A stretch of 62,983 bases of DNA, filler included, from an uncultured Methanosarcinales archaeon (GTDB taxonomy: Archaea; Nanobdellota; Nanobdellia; Woesearchaeales; CALCXY01), in the NCBI GenBank assembly GCA_964385185.1. It is 18 parts of 18 records of this genome, joined end to end, with 100 filler letters (N's around TTAATTAATTAA, not from the genome) between each part and the next. Parts side by side here need not be neighbours in the genome. Positions count along the whole stretch, not along the records: positions 49,988 to 52,568 come from CAYLOA010000063.1; positions 52,669 to 55,213 come from CAYLOA010000064.1; positions 55,314 to 57,834 come from CAYLOA010000065.1; positions 57,935 to 60,429 come from CAYLOA010000066.1; 14 more parts are not named here. One strand, given 5' to 3'. This document shows positions 50,851 to 60,353 of this stretch, in pieces. Under the pieces are notes generated by a model. It was given only the letters and a program-made list of their open reading frames with translations. It was not told the DNA's origin and searched no databases. The translations under genes and the position numbers were made by a program. How positions within the stretch are numbered: position 1 is the stretch's first letter; every line of letters starts with the position of its first letter.

Positions 50851-51234
50851 ATGAACGATATACAAAGTATGCAAAAATTTAATGACAATGAAGAAAACGC
50901 AATCGAAGTGAGAGCAGGTTTTCAACAAAGATCGGGAATTAAAGGAAATGGATTTCGAAAATTTAACCAGTTTCTTACGCAAGTATATGAAAATGATATA
51001 TTGGTAAAACAATTTACCGATTCCGAAATTGATGAAGATATGTATCTTCCAATTCAGGATAAACTTCAGGAATTGGCACAAGCAGGGGCAGGCATACACG
51101 AAGTTGTCTCTGCCATACAGACTATTGGCAGAATTCAAACTGAATATAACTTGCTAGCTGAAACAATTGTTGGCCAAAAGGACATGATTCAAGATTTAAG
51201 ATCTGAGAGTTATTTAGGAAGCTACGGATTTTAG
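50851..51234 (+). CDS. Hypothetical protein
   Basis: AGGAGG RBS; divergent from TrmB. Confidence 0.6.
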   Translation: MNDIQSMQKFNDNEENAIEVRAGFQQRSGIKGNGFRKFNQFLTQVYENDILVKQFTDSEIDEDMYLPIQDKLQELAQAGAGIHEVVSAIQTIGRIQTEYNLLAETIVGQKDMIQDLRSESYLGSYGF

Positions 51235-51265
51235 AATTATCAAGAGGAACACAGGAGGAAAAAAA

Positions 51266-51967
51266 ATGAAAAATGAAACAATATTAATGGATTTGTGGGG
51301 TGTAGTTTTACACCAAGAAAAAGCTGGAAAAGTAATGGTTGATGCTTATAGAAATCAAGCTCATGACCAGCAAATTCCACAAGAAACAATTGATGAAAAA
51401 ATACACGAATATAATCTAGTTTTGAAAAATGACAAATCAGTTGCAGATAGAAAAGCTGAGATTGTAAATAATTTACATGATCTAGCAGAAGACTATCTTG
51501 AAACAGCAGATGATCCAAATATCAAGCAAGACCTTGAAGATTCTATCTACCAAGATTTCAAAGAGGTCTATGCAAAAGCGAAGGAAGAGGGATACAACGT
51601 AGCTATTTTTACAACAAGGAATGCTGAGTGGATCCGAGAATACGTGGATGACTTAGGAACAATCTACGATGCTCAGGATGGTAAAACGGCTGCAAGACTT
51701 AATGAAATTATTGAAATTGAATTTTCAGAAGGAAAAACAATAGTTTCCTTTACAGAAGATGCAGCTAAAGCACTAGTTGCTCAGGAATGCGGAGACGAAG
51801 TAAATCTCATCTACCTAAACAGAGGAGACAACGGTATGTCAAGAGAAGAATGTGAAGAGTTAGGAATAACCTACACAGAAGACTTGAACGAAGTCTACGA
51901 TGAATTAACAGGTGAACAAAATGAACAGTACGAAGGACAACCAGAAGGAGAACAAGCAAGTGAATAA
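51266..51967 (+). CDS. HAD-like hydrolase
   Basis: ILMDLWGVV (motif I-like), IYQD, VAIFT, K, FTED. Confidence 0.6.
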   Translation: MKNETILMDLWGVVLHQEKAGKVMVDAYRNQAHDQQIPQETIDEKIHEYNLVLKNDKSVADRKAEIVNNLHDLAEDYLETADDPNIKQDLEDSIYQDFKEVYAKAKEEGYNVAIFTTRNAEWIREYVDDLGTIYDAQDGKTAARLNEIIEIEFSEGKTIVSFTEDAAKALVAQECGDEVNLIYLNRGDNGMSREECEELGITYTEDLNEVYDELTGEQNEQYEGQPEGEQASE

Positions 51968-52568
51968 CTGGACTCAACGATGGGCAGGAGCATATACTTT
52001 TATCTCCTGCTCATTTTGGGGACCAGAATATTGCAACGCTCTAGAGAAAGAGCTAGGTATGCCTATAACTCCAACAGTCTTCATCCATAAAAAAGGTAAC
52101 GTAACATTCTTGATGAAGCAAGAAACTTTGGATAAAATAGGTAATCACCTAGTTGCACAAATTAAGCAAAATCCAGAGTTAGTGGACATACGACTAAACC
52201 AGGTAAAGCAGAACTTCGACATACTCTGCACCCTAATGGATAAATTGGAAAATAAAATACCTTCCAAGAACCAGTTGGCAGACTACCTAATGTACTTTAA
52301 CAATCATCTGCCTAATCACGTATTCATGAAAAAGTCATTAGAATACATGCCAGAAGAAATGTTGAAAGAGTTAGAACCAAAGTTCAAAGAAGCAAGGTTT
52401 TACACAGAGCCCATCTACTCAAAGACAGAGAAATTCTTCCGTGCACTAGCTCAAGCTATTGCAAAAAAGGAAAACAGAGATGCAAATTTACTAACTTGCT
52501 TAACTGCAGAAGAATTAAAGAATTACATACACAAGAAGGTTCTTCCAAAGGACAATATCCTGATCCAA
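51960..52568 (+). CDS. Hypothetical protein, possibly N-terminus of a DPANN PEP-utilising-domain protein (3' truncated)
   Basis: Overlaps the previous stop; helical region ending ...LT.EEL; diagnostic C-terminus missing. Confidence 0.4.
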
Positions 52569-52668
52569 NNNNNNNNNNNNNNNNNNNNNNNNNNNNNNNN
52601 NNNNNNNNNNNNTTAATTAATTAANNNNNNNNNNNNNNNNNNNNNNNNNNNNNNNNNNNNNNNNNNNN

Positions 52669-53064
52669 AATTATTGGGGTTTGTTGGGCTCACATACAGA
52701 AACAGAACAAGAAGCACATCAAACAATAGATTTTATGGAAAGTTTGCCTCCATCTGTTATTCCCTATTTATTTGCATTAAAACCATTTAAAGGAACTGAT
52801 GCTCACGAAAAGGCTCAAAGTACTGACGATGACTTGGGCTCGGTATATCATAATTTTGCACATCTATTCAGAAGGAATAGATTTTACATGAATGTTGTTC
52901 GCAGATGGAGAGATTCTGTATGGAGTGAAGATAGATTGCAAAGATCAACTTCCATTCTGCAAAATAATGGCTATTCAAATGAAGAGATTAGGGCAGCCTA
53001 TGGCGTTTTGTATTCTTCAATGGATAAGTCACAACTAGAAGGACTATTAGGAGGTTCAAAATGA
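52669..53064 (+). CDS. C-terminal part of a radical SAM protein (5' truncated)
   Basis: LLGSHTETEQEAHQTIDF...LKPFKGT matches the G.P.ET...T...P.PGT end of radical SAM barrels. Confidence 0.65.
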   Translation, partial: NYWGLLGSHTETEQEAHQTIDFMESLPPSVIPYLFALKPFKGTDAHEKAQSTDDDLGSVYHNFAHLFRRNRFYMNVVRRWRDSVWSEDRLQRSTSILQNNGYSNEEIRAAYGVLYSSMDKSQLEGLLGGSK

Positions 53065-53318
53065 ATGAAAAATATCAGGAAATAGTGGATTTTATGAGTG
53101 GTAACGTGCCATACAAACGTATTGATTTAACTGAAAATTTGGATTCTACACTTTCCCAAGTAGGATATGATAGCTTAGGCTTTATTGAGATGATTGTTTT
53201 AGCAGAAGAAAGATTTGGGATACAAATTTCACAAAATGATTTTCCAGAAGGAGATAAAGTTGGAGATTATGTTCAAATGATTTATGATAAAACGGAGCAA
53301 AAAGATGGAAGAAGTTGA
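53061..53318 (+). CDS. Acyl/aminoacyl carrier protein
   Basis: Acidic 85 aa; LSQVGYDSLGFIEMIV..EERFGIQI phosphopantetheine Ser motif. Confidence 0.9.
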   Translation: MNEKYQEIVDFMSGNVPYKRIDLTENLDSTLSQVGYDSLGFIEMIVLAEERFGIQISQNDFPEGDKVGDYVQMIYDKTEQKDGRS

Positions 53319-54036
53319 AAGAAAATTAACGGATGCTGGACTTGTACGGAGAGTCGGAGGAGAAATAGCATATACTCCTCAAGGGAAAAAACTCAAGACA
53401 GTAGTAGAGGAAAAAGTCAGGACTAACTTAGAATCTTTGGGTGCTGAGGAAATTGAGCTTCCAACTCTGGTGAATTATTCACAATTACAATTAGATAGAA
53501 GAATTGAATTGGCAAGGTATTTTTCTAGCTTTAGAACAACTTCAGCAGAAGGTAACAAACTATTATTAGCAAGAACTTCAGAAGAATTAGCAACTGATTA
53601 TTTTTTACAGGGTGATGAGCAAGATGGCATAATATACCAAATAAATGCCAAGTTTAGAAATGAAGATGCTTCAGAATTGGGATTTCTACGAAGAAAAGAA
53701 TTTACTATGCTTGATGCTTACAGTTTTGATGCTAATATTGAAGGTATGAGAAAGAATTATCAAAGAGTCAGAAAAGTATTTTCAGGGTTATTGAGAGAAT
53801 TGGAGATTTCATTTTCCATGAGAGATGCAACTGAAGATTGTAGCTTTAAAGTACCCTCTGAAGAGTTTCTTTGTGGATCAGATGGTCTTCAAGAGCTAGA
53901 ACTTGGCCATATCTTTGAATTAGGTGATATTTACACAAAACCATATGAGTCAAATTTAATGATGGGTTCATATGGTTTAGGCATTGATAGACTTGTTGCG
54001 GCAGTTGCTCTGTCAGAACAGGAAGGCAGAATATGA
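53305..54036 (+). CDS. Stand-alone ProRS-like class II aaRS catalytic domain
   Basis: Motif 1 (G.EEI.LP.L), RTSEE, motif 2 YQ...KFRNE...GFLR.KEF.M.DAYSF, ELGHIF.LG, motif 3 MGSYGLGIDRL; no editing or anticodon-binding domain. Confidence 0.85.
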   Translation: MEEVERKLTDAGLVRRVGGEIAYTPQGKKLKTVVEEKVRTNLESLGAEEIELPTLVNYSQLQLDRRIELARYFSSFRTTSAEGNKLLLARTSEELATDYFLQGDEQDGIIYQINAKFRNEDASELGFLRRKEFTMLDAYSFDANIEGMRKNYQRVRKVFSGLLRELEISFSMRDATEDCSFKVPSEEFLCGSDGLQELELGHIFELGDIYTKPYESNLMMGSYGLGIDRLVAAVALSEQEGRI

Positions 54037-55213
54037 AAGCATTAGTTCCACACCAATTGTATTATGCACATTTAGGTCTTCAGGAAAGAGTTAATTCTGA
54101 AATCAAACAAGACTTTGTTCAAGCTTTGGATGAGGAGAAAAAAGCGGAAGCCATGATTTATCTTCACGTGCCATTTTGTGAATATATCTGTGGGTTTTGT
54201 CCGTTTGATAGGAGTACAGATAAATCTTCAGACGATGACTATGTGGCTCAAGTAAAGAAAGAAATTGATTTTTATGCAGGAAAGAAGTTTATAGAAGGAC
54301 TTGAGTTTACAGGGATTCATTTTGGTGGAGGGACTCCTACTTCGTTAAGTTCTGAAAAATTAGGAGAATTAATTGATTATGTTAGACGTGAGTTAAATGT
54401 CTATGATGTCCCTCTTCATGTTGAGAGTTCTGCTACTACTTTGCCAGATGGAACTATTGGAATGTTTAAAGACAAATGCGTTACACGAACAAGTTTTGGT
54501 GTTCAGTCATTTAATCCTACTTTAAGAAAGAAAGTAGGAATTGGAGCTTCGTTGGATGATGTATTAGACACAGTATCAAGATTACAAAGAAATGGAATGG
54601 AAGTACATATAGATTTGATGTACGGTTTTCCTAATTTTGATATTGAAGGAGAAAGAGAAATCGTTATTGATGATGTAAAAAAAGCAATAGAACTTGGAGT
54701 TGACAGTTTAGAGTTCTCTCAATTCTATCCATTTTATAGTAGGTTAGAAAAAACAATAGAAAAGAGAGGATTAAGTTTCCCATCTGAACAAGAAGTTGTT
54801 GATACAATTTTAACTGCAACTGATTTACTTGAGAGAGCAGGGTTTACTCAAGCCAGTGAATATGCTTTTCACAGAACTGGTGATGTAATGTTAGAAGGAA
54901 CGTATTTTGGTGAAGCTACAGATACATTAGCATTAGGACCTAGTTCTATTGGAAGATTAAACGGTTTTGCGTATAGAAACATCACTAATCCAAGATATAA
55001 TACTACTGAAGAACCTCCAATCTTATTAATGAAAAAAACGGATCCGCAACAGGAGAAAGAATGGAGTGTAGCAAGTTTTCCTAGAATGTTAAGAATACAA
55101 AAAGATAGAGTTACTGAAAACCATTTACCAAAATTCAAAGAATTACTGGATAAAGGTTTAGTTGTAGATAGTGGAGATACTTTTGAATTAACTAGAAAGG
55201 GAAAATGCTACAT
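54033..55213 (+). CDS. HemN-like radical SAM enzyme (3' truncated)
   Basis: YLHVPFCEYICGFC, HFGGGTPT, R.SFGVQSF, IDLMYGFP, LT.KG. Confidence 0.9.
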
Positions 55214-55316
55214 NNNNNNNNNNNNNNNNNNNNNNNNNNNNNNNNNNNNNNNNNNNNTTAATTAATTAANNNNNNNNNNNNNNNNNNNNNNNNNNNNNNN
55301 NNNNNNNNNNNNNCAA

Positions 55317-56996
55317 TAAAATTCTTACTTTTTGAAGGGGGGTTTCCTAAATTTGTGAAAGGGGCGTTTTTTATTCGATAAAAAAGTTGGGGCAAATAGA
55401 TACTTTAATATATAAGTTAAACTAAATTAGAAACAATCATTATAATTAAAGAAAAGGCCATACAATTTCATATGAAGATGTAAATTAAAAGATGAAAAAG
55501 ATACTATTAATATTAGGTTTGTTATTCTTCATTTTGAGCACCAATGTATTGGCTTATGATCTAGGAGATTATCCTTCTCCCTTTATGGATGATTTAGCTA
55601 ATTCTATAGTATCTGTAGGAGATAGTTCTCCTGCTTCTGATGTTGTTGCTGCAGTAGATATACAAAATAGTATTAGTGATCAATTAAAAGTAGAAATTGC
55701 AGCAGAAGTTATGAAAGATAGAAATAAAAACATAATAAGTATAGGCAATCCTTGTAATAATCATTTAGCAACATTAATATCTGACGAAACAGAATGCCAT
55801 TTTAATCTCGAGCCAAATCAAGCAACAATAAGGTCTTATGAATTCAATAATTTTGTACATATCCTTGTGATAGGTTACTCAGATTTGGATACTCGCAGGG
55901 CTGCTAAAGTATTAGCCAAATATCAGGATTATGGTCTAAAAGGCAATGAAGTATGCATCCTTGGATCTTTTAGAGAACCACAAGTTATAGAAGGAATATG
56001 CGATGATATTGGAGAAATAGTGCCTGTAATCCCTATTGAGGGTTTTTCGCCAGAAGAATGTCAAGATTCAGATGGTGGGAAGAATTATCATGAGAAAGGA
56101 TTAGTTACTTGGGCAAATAAAAATGAAAAAACAGAGCTAGACGACTGTTGTATGGAATCTGCACCTACGGGATGTTCTGATTCAGGCCCATTATTGATGG
56201 AAAGATTTTGTACAGGGAAATATTCAAGCAGTTTCGAGGTATACTCGTGCCCAGAGGGATGTGTAGTTGGTGCATGCAAAAAGATAACTGTAAAATGTGG
56301 TGATGGGATTTGTCATAAGAAATATAATGAAAACAACCCTAGACATTCTAATTATTGTCCTGCAGACTGTGGAGTTCAAACAACAGGTTGTGGTGATGGG
56401 ATCTGTGATGAAACTAAAGGAGAAGATTCCAATAATTGTCCCTCTGATTGTGATGCAGTAGTGAATACGTGCGAAAATGGACAAAAGTTAGATTTTGAAT
56501 GTCCGGATGGAATTTTTGTTTCATGGTGTAGCTGCTTAAACAACGAATGGAGATGTGTGAATTCTCCACAAACCTTATGTAAAACAGAAAGGATTTGTGA
56601 GGGTTGCTTGGATGAGAACAATGTTTGCATACCAATAAGTACAAGAACTGAAACTCAATATTGTGACATAGATCACAGTTTTAAAAACCAAAAATCAGAA
56701 GACATGAATTGCATCAATAATTACGAGTGTTCAACAAACATATGTGTAAACAACAAATGTATAAGTTCAAGTTTCATTCAAAAGATAATCGACTGGTTTA
56801 AAAATCTATTTGGATAATTTTTTTCTATAGATTTTGTTATTTGCCCCAATCTCAATGTATTTCATAAAGGCTCTACGAGCTAGATAAAAAACGCCCCTTA
56901 ATGTATTTTACTGGAACGGGCTTACGCCCTTGAAAACGGAAACCCCCTAACTAAAGTCTCGGCTTCGCCTCGAATTAATTGAAAGTAAGAATTTTA
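55317..56996. repeat. Four nested inverted-repeat blocks enclosing one gene
   Basis: 55317-55331/56982-56996, 55338-55347/56938-56947, 55359-55374/56884-56899 and 55387-55398/56838-56849 are exact reverse complements. Confidence 0.8.
55492..56817 (+). CDS. Secreted S-layer-domain protein with Cys-rich repeats
   Basis: Signal peptide; VGDSSPASDVVAAVDI, IISIGNPCNN, GYSDLDTRRAA (S-layer N/C domain); C.DSDGG, CGDGIC x2; IIDWFKNLFG tail. Confidence 0.75.
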   Translation: MKKILLILGLLFFILSTNVLAYDLGDYPSPFMDDLANSIVSVGDSSPASDVVAAVDIQNSISDQLKVEIAAEVMKDRNKNIISIGNPCNNHLATLISDETECHFNLEPNQATIRSYEFNNFVHILVIGYSDLDTRRAAKVLAKYQDYGLKGNEVCILGSFREPQVIEGICDDIGEIVPVIPIEGFSPEECQDSDGGKNYHEKGLVTWANKNEKTELDDCCMESAPTGCSDSGPLLMERFCTGKYSSSFEVYSCPEGCVVGACKKITVKCGDGICHKKYNENNPRHSNYCPADCGVQTTGCGDGICDETKGEDSNNCPSDCDAVVNTCENGQKLDFECPDGIFVSWCSCLNNEWRCVNSPQTLCKTERICEGCLDENNVCIPISTRTETQYCDIDHSFKNQKSEDMNCINNYECSTNICVNNKCISSSFIQKIIDWFKNLFG

Positions 56997-57216
56997 CTTC
57001 TCCTTCGCTAACGCTCAGTCGACCACGTTGCACTTTCCTTCGACTGAGGACTCACTTACGTTCGTCAGCTCGGTCTCAGTCAGGGTATTTAACAGGCGTT
57101 AGACGGCTCGGCTCTTGCAGAGCCTCGACCCATATTTTGCTCGTCAGCTCTCAACCCTCCAGCTCTGTGAGCTACGGCTGGCCAAGAAATTAAGTAAGTA
57201 AGTCGAAGCCCAAAAA

Positions 57217-57483
57217 CTATCTATTATAGATGACATCATGGTGATTGTAATCTTCCAAGGTGACCACCTTTCTGCTGTCATCTACAGAATATACCAATAC
57301 AAAATGCTTGTCGATATGCACTCGATTCTACATATTGAGCGGAGCTCGAAGATTCTTATATCGATGAGGATCTTTGACAACTTCATCAGCTTTTTTTAGA
57401 ATAATCTCAACTTGCTTTCTGTTCTTCTTGCGCAACTTATCTAACTTCTTCATTAAACCTTCATCAATTTGCAAAGAATACAT
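57217..57483 (-). pseudogene. RelE/ParE-family toxin with in-frame TAG at codon 52
   Basis: MYSLQID...DPHRYKNLRAPLNM*NRVHIDKHFVLVYSVD...YNHHDVIYNR; TAG at 57328-57330. Confidence 0.8.
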
Positions 57484-57484
57484 C

Positions 57485-57724
57485 TTACAAGCTCAACCTT
57501 TTTCTTAGGTTGTCAACGGTCCCAACAGCAATTTTTTTCTGCCTCATGATTTTTTTAGCCTTTTCTATATATTCTGGCCTCAATTCAGGTTCTAGAATAG
57601 AATCCTCATATTGCTTAGCCATAACATTGATAGCTTCGCTCTTATCCTTCAAATCATATTTAGCCTTCACCATATTCAAAACCCTGTTGGTCTTATCCTT
57701 AATGTCAATTATTGCTTGTACCAT
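57485..57724 (-). CDS. DUF2683-family antitoxin
   Basis: MVQAIIDI...NRVLNMVKAKYDLKDKSEAIN, EPELRPEY; directly upstream of the RelE gene. Confidence 0.85.
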   Translation of the reverse strand: MVQAIIDIKDKTNRVLNMVKAKYDLKDKSEAINVMAKQYEDSILEPELRPEYIEKAKKIMRQKKIAVGTVDNLRKRLSL

Positions 57725-58095
57725 TATATCACCCTAATGGCATATTAATATAGTATTAATATATAAAGTTTTTGGTTTTTGGGCTCCGATTTCGTTAGAT
57801 CTTGGCCAGCCTCCGCTCACGAGGGAGTGTTGGANNNNNNNNNNNNNNNNNNNNNNNNNNNNNNNNNNNNNNNNNNNNTTAATTAATTAANNNNNNNNNN
57901 NNNNNNNNNNNNNNNNNNNNNNNNNNNNNNNNNNATCTCTTTGCATGTCTTTAATTACTGTAGAAAGATCTCTTTCTCTTAACAAATAGGTATTTTTCAG
58001 AAAACTCACAAATACCACTATTACGTAGTAAAATCAACGAAACTTTTATAAACAGGGCACGTTTTGACATTTTATACGACAAATTCATAATAAAA

Positions 58096-58245
58096 ATGAA
58101 GAAAAAAATTAGTATCAGTATTGAAGAAGAGACTATAACTTTACTAGAAATGTTTGTAAAAGAAAGTATTTTCCGTAATAAAAGTCACTTTGTAGAACAT
58201 GCTATCACGCAATTTATGAGGGAAAATAAGAATGACAGAAACTAA
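58096..58245 (+). CDS. Ribbon-helix-helix DNA-binding protein (49 aa, not in ORF track)
   Basis: MKKKISISIEEE...FRNKSHFVEHAI; overlaps the start of the AAA gene. Confidence 0.8.
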   Translation: MKKKISISIEEETITLLEMFVKESIFRNKSHFVEHAITQFMRENKNDRN

Positions 58246-59551
58246 TCCATTCACAGAAATTGCTGCTATTGAAGCACCGACGTACAAAAACACGCGAACG
58301 TTATTGACACTTGGTGGTGTCCCATTCACAATGTGGGATGTTGTTAAAGCTAGTCTTGGCGCTCGATTAAATTTGGGTTTATTAGGGGAAGCTGGCGGCG
58401 GTAAGTCTCAGTTAAACGAAGATATAATTAGTCTTTTTGGAAATAATGCCACCCGTACACGGGGAAGAAATGATCTTGATGTTAAAGGGTTGTATCGACA
58501 GCTTAACTTTTCAGCATTAAAAGAAGCCATGGATGAAGGTTCTACAGTTTCACAAAAAGCACTTATTGAAGCTACTTCTCAAATTTACCGCCCTCTAGTT
58601 GCAGTTGAAGAGATCAACCGTTGTATGGAAGTTGTGCAGAACCAGTTTTTCAATATTTTTGAAGGTTTTATAGAATTAGAGAATGGTGAGAAGTACCTTT
58701 TAGGTGGAACTCAAATGGAAACATTTAGAGATTTTGATGGATCTGAATGGACACAAAATATTCGTTATTCTGTAGGTGTTTGGACAGCAAACTTTGGCAA
58801 CGGAGAATATGCGGGAGCTGTTTCCATGGATAAAGCCATGAAAGAAAGATCTCATGTAATAATTGACGTTGATAATTGTTACCCTTCAGCACCAGACTTA
58901 GATGGTATAATTTTAACTAGTGGTGGTGAAGTTCGATTAAAAGGGCAAGAAGACCCAGCAGACTTGACTGATACTTTTGCAGGAGCTTTTGCCTATTTAA
59001 AACAAACTTCTCATACTCCTAATCCCCAGGAACTGGGAGAAGAATTACTGTTGAATAGATATTTAGTTTTAGGATTGGATTATATTCCTTGTTCGGCAGC
59101 TGATGATAGCAAACGAATTATGAAAGGGGTCTGGCCTGCAAAAGCAGAAGAAGATGATATTGGTAATAATGACGATGAAAAATTAATGTACAGAATGATT
59201 TTTCCAACTTCTGTAAGAGGAGCAATGACTGTAATGTCTTTAGCAAGATCATTAAGGGAATATGCTCATGCAAAAAGTGGAGAACGTCCAACTGTTCTTG
59301 ACAGTGTTATTGAAAGTTTTAAGTTAGTAGGTGCATATTCGGGTATGGTTAGAAATACTCAGAGAATAAGAGAAAATTTTGTCGGCAACCCTTACCGTGC
59401 TGCTTGTAAAGTTGGAGATGTAATTAGTGGAAGATTAGAAGGACAGCGAGACTTAATAGAAGCAATTGCTCATTCAAAAGCAACTGAAACACCCTTGACA
59501 AGAGAAGTGAAGAATGCTTGTGTTGGAGAGTATGCCTGTTTCTTGGAATGA
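58232..59551 (+). CDS. MoxR-like AAA+ ATPase
   Basis: Walker A GEAGGGKS, Walker B VEEINR, VQNQFF, TAN, MDKAMKER, SVRG. Confidence 0.85.
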   Translation: MTETNPFTEIAAIEAPTYKNTRTLLTLGGVPFTMWDVVKASLGARLNLGLLGEAGGGKSQLNEDIISLFGNNATRTRGRNDLDVKGLYRQLNFSALKEAMDEGSTVSQKALIEATSQIYRPLVAVEEINRCMEVVQNQFFNIFEGFIELENGEKYLLGGTQMETFRDFDGSEWTQNIRYSVGVWTANFGNGEYAGAVSMDKAMKERSHVIIDVDNCYPSAPDLDGIILTSGGEVRLKGQEDPADLTDTFAGAFAYLKQTSHTPNPQELGEELLLNRYLVLGLDYIPCSAADDSKRIMKGVWPAKAEEDDIGNNDDEKLMYRMIFPTSVRGAMTVMSLARSLREYAHAKSGERPTVLDSVIESFKLVGAYSGMVRNTQRIRENFVGNPYRAACKVGDVISGRLEGQRDLIEAIAHSKATETPLTREVKNACVGEYACFLE

Positions 59552-59555
59552 TACG

Positions 59556-60353
59556 ATGACTCCTAAAAATCCTTGGAAACATGTAAAAGTTGATCCCGCT
59601 AGGTTGGAAAATAATCGCTTTTTAAATCCAACCGAGCCTGTGCCTCCTACACCTAGTGTTGATCCGGTTTCTGAACCAATAACTGGAGCATATATTTTAA
59701 TGCCTAAAACTACTACTGAAGTTCAGGGGATACATGCTCTGAGAAAAGCGTGCGAAGCAGAAAGTAATTCTGCTCATCCACAATTTCCAAGAGATGATGG
59801 CAGCAGAATTTATCGTCCCTTAACTTTTAAAGAAGATATTGAAGCAAGGGTAAATGATTATGAAAGTAATACTGGTAATGATGAACGTTTAAGACTTTTC
59901 AATCGTTGGCTTAATTCTTGCACAGCAGTAGTTTACAAAGCAGGTACTACTAAATTTAAGATTATTCCCCTCTCACCCGAATTAGTTACTCTTCCAGAAG
60001 ATTTTTCTGATGCCTATTTTCCTATTGATTATGATGCAATTGCTGGTACAGAATTAGACAGAAATGGTGCAGTTTACAATACTTTACTAGCAAAGAGTGA
60101 TGTTTTAGATCACCCTGCTTGGAGAGCAGCAGTTGAGGACGATGTTGATTTGTTAAGAACATACGCTGACATTGTATTTACTGAAAGATCTGCTGATAAA
60201 CAAATGGCTTTTTGGACAAGAAACCAACCTGCAAATGATGAATTAAGGGCGTTGTATGTTAGCAGTCTTAGCAGCAGTTCAAGTGCTAGTGGCGATGGCA
60301 ATCTAGATGACGACGGGTCCTTCCTCCGAGTAGCCCAAGAGAGGACGCCGTAG
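59556..60353 (+). CDS. Probable DGR target (variable) protein with CLec-type C-terminal VR
   Basis: C-terminus ELRALYVSSLSSSSSASGDGNLDDDGSFLRVA built from NNY codons; downstream hairpin. Confidence 0.7.
   Translation: MTPKNPWKHVKVDPARLENNRFLNPTEPVPPTPSVDPVSEPITGAYILMPKTTTEVQGIHALRKACEAESNSAHPQFPRDDGSRIYRPLTFKEDIEARVNDYESNTGNDERLRLFNRWLNSCTAVVYKAGTTKFKIIPLSPELVTLPEDFSDAYFPIDYDAIAGTELDRNGAVYNTLLAKSDVLDHPAWRAAVEDDVDLLRTYADIVFTERSADKQMAFWTRNQPANDELRALYVSSLSSSSSASGDGNLDDDGSFLRVAQERTP

Larger units (their letters stand above)
57176..57811. mobile_element. Toxin-antitoxin cassette bounded by interrupted inverted repeats
   Basis: GGCTGGCCAAGA (57176-57187)/TCTTGGCCAGCC (57800-57811); TCGAAGCCCAAAAAC (57203-57217)/GTTTTTGGGCTCCGA (57775-57789). 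Confidence 0.55.

Noticed and set aside
53305..54036. Housekeeping proS or contig-truncated proS
   Set aside because: The ORF is internal, has its own stop overlapping the next start, and lacks tRNA-binding domains
54033..55213. Housekeeping hemN/hemW
   Set aside because: Context is carrier protein, aaRS paralogue and radical SAM rather than haem synthesis, so no gene symbol assigned
57328..57330. Amber recoding (alternative genetic code or pyrrolysine)
   Set aside because: Single instance; the same gene ends in TAG and neighbouring genes have no internal TAG
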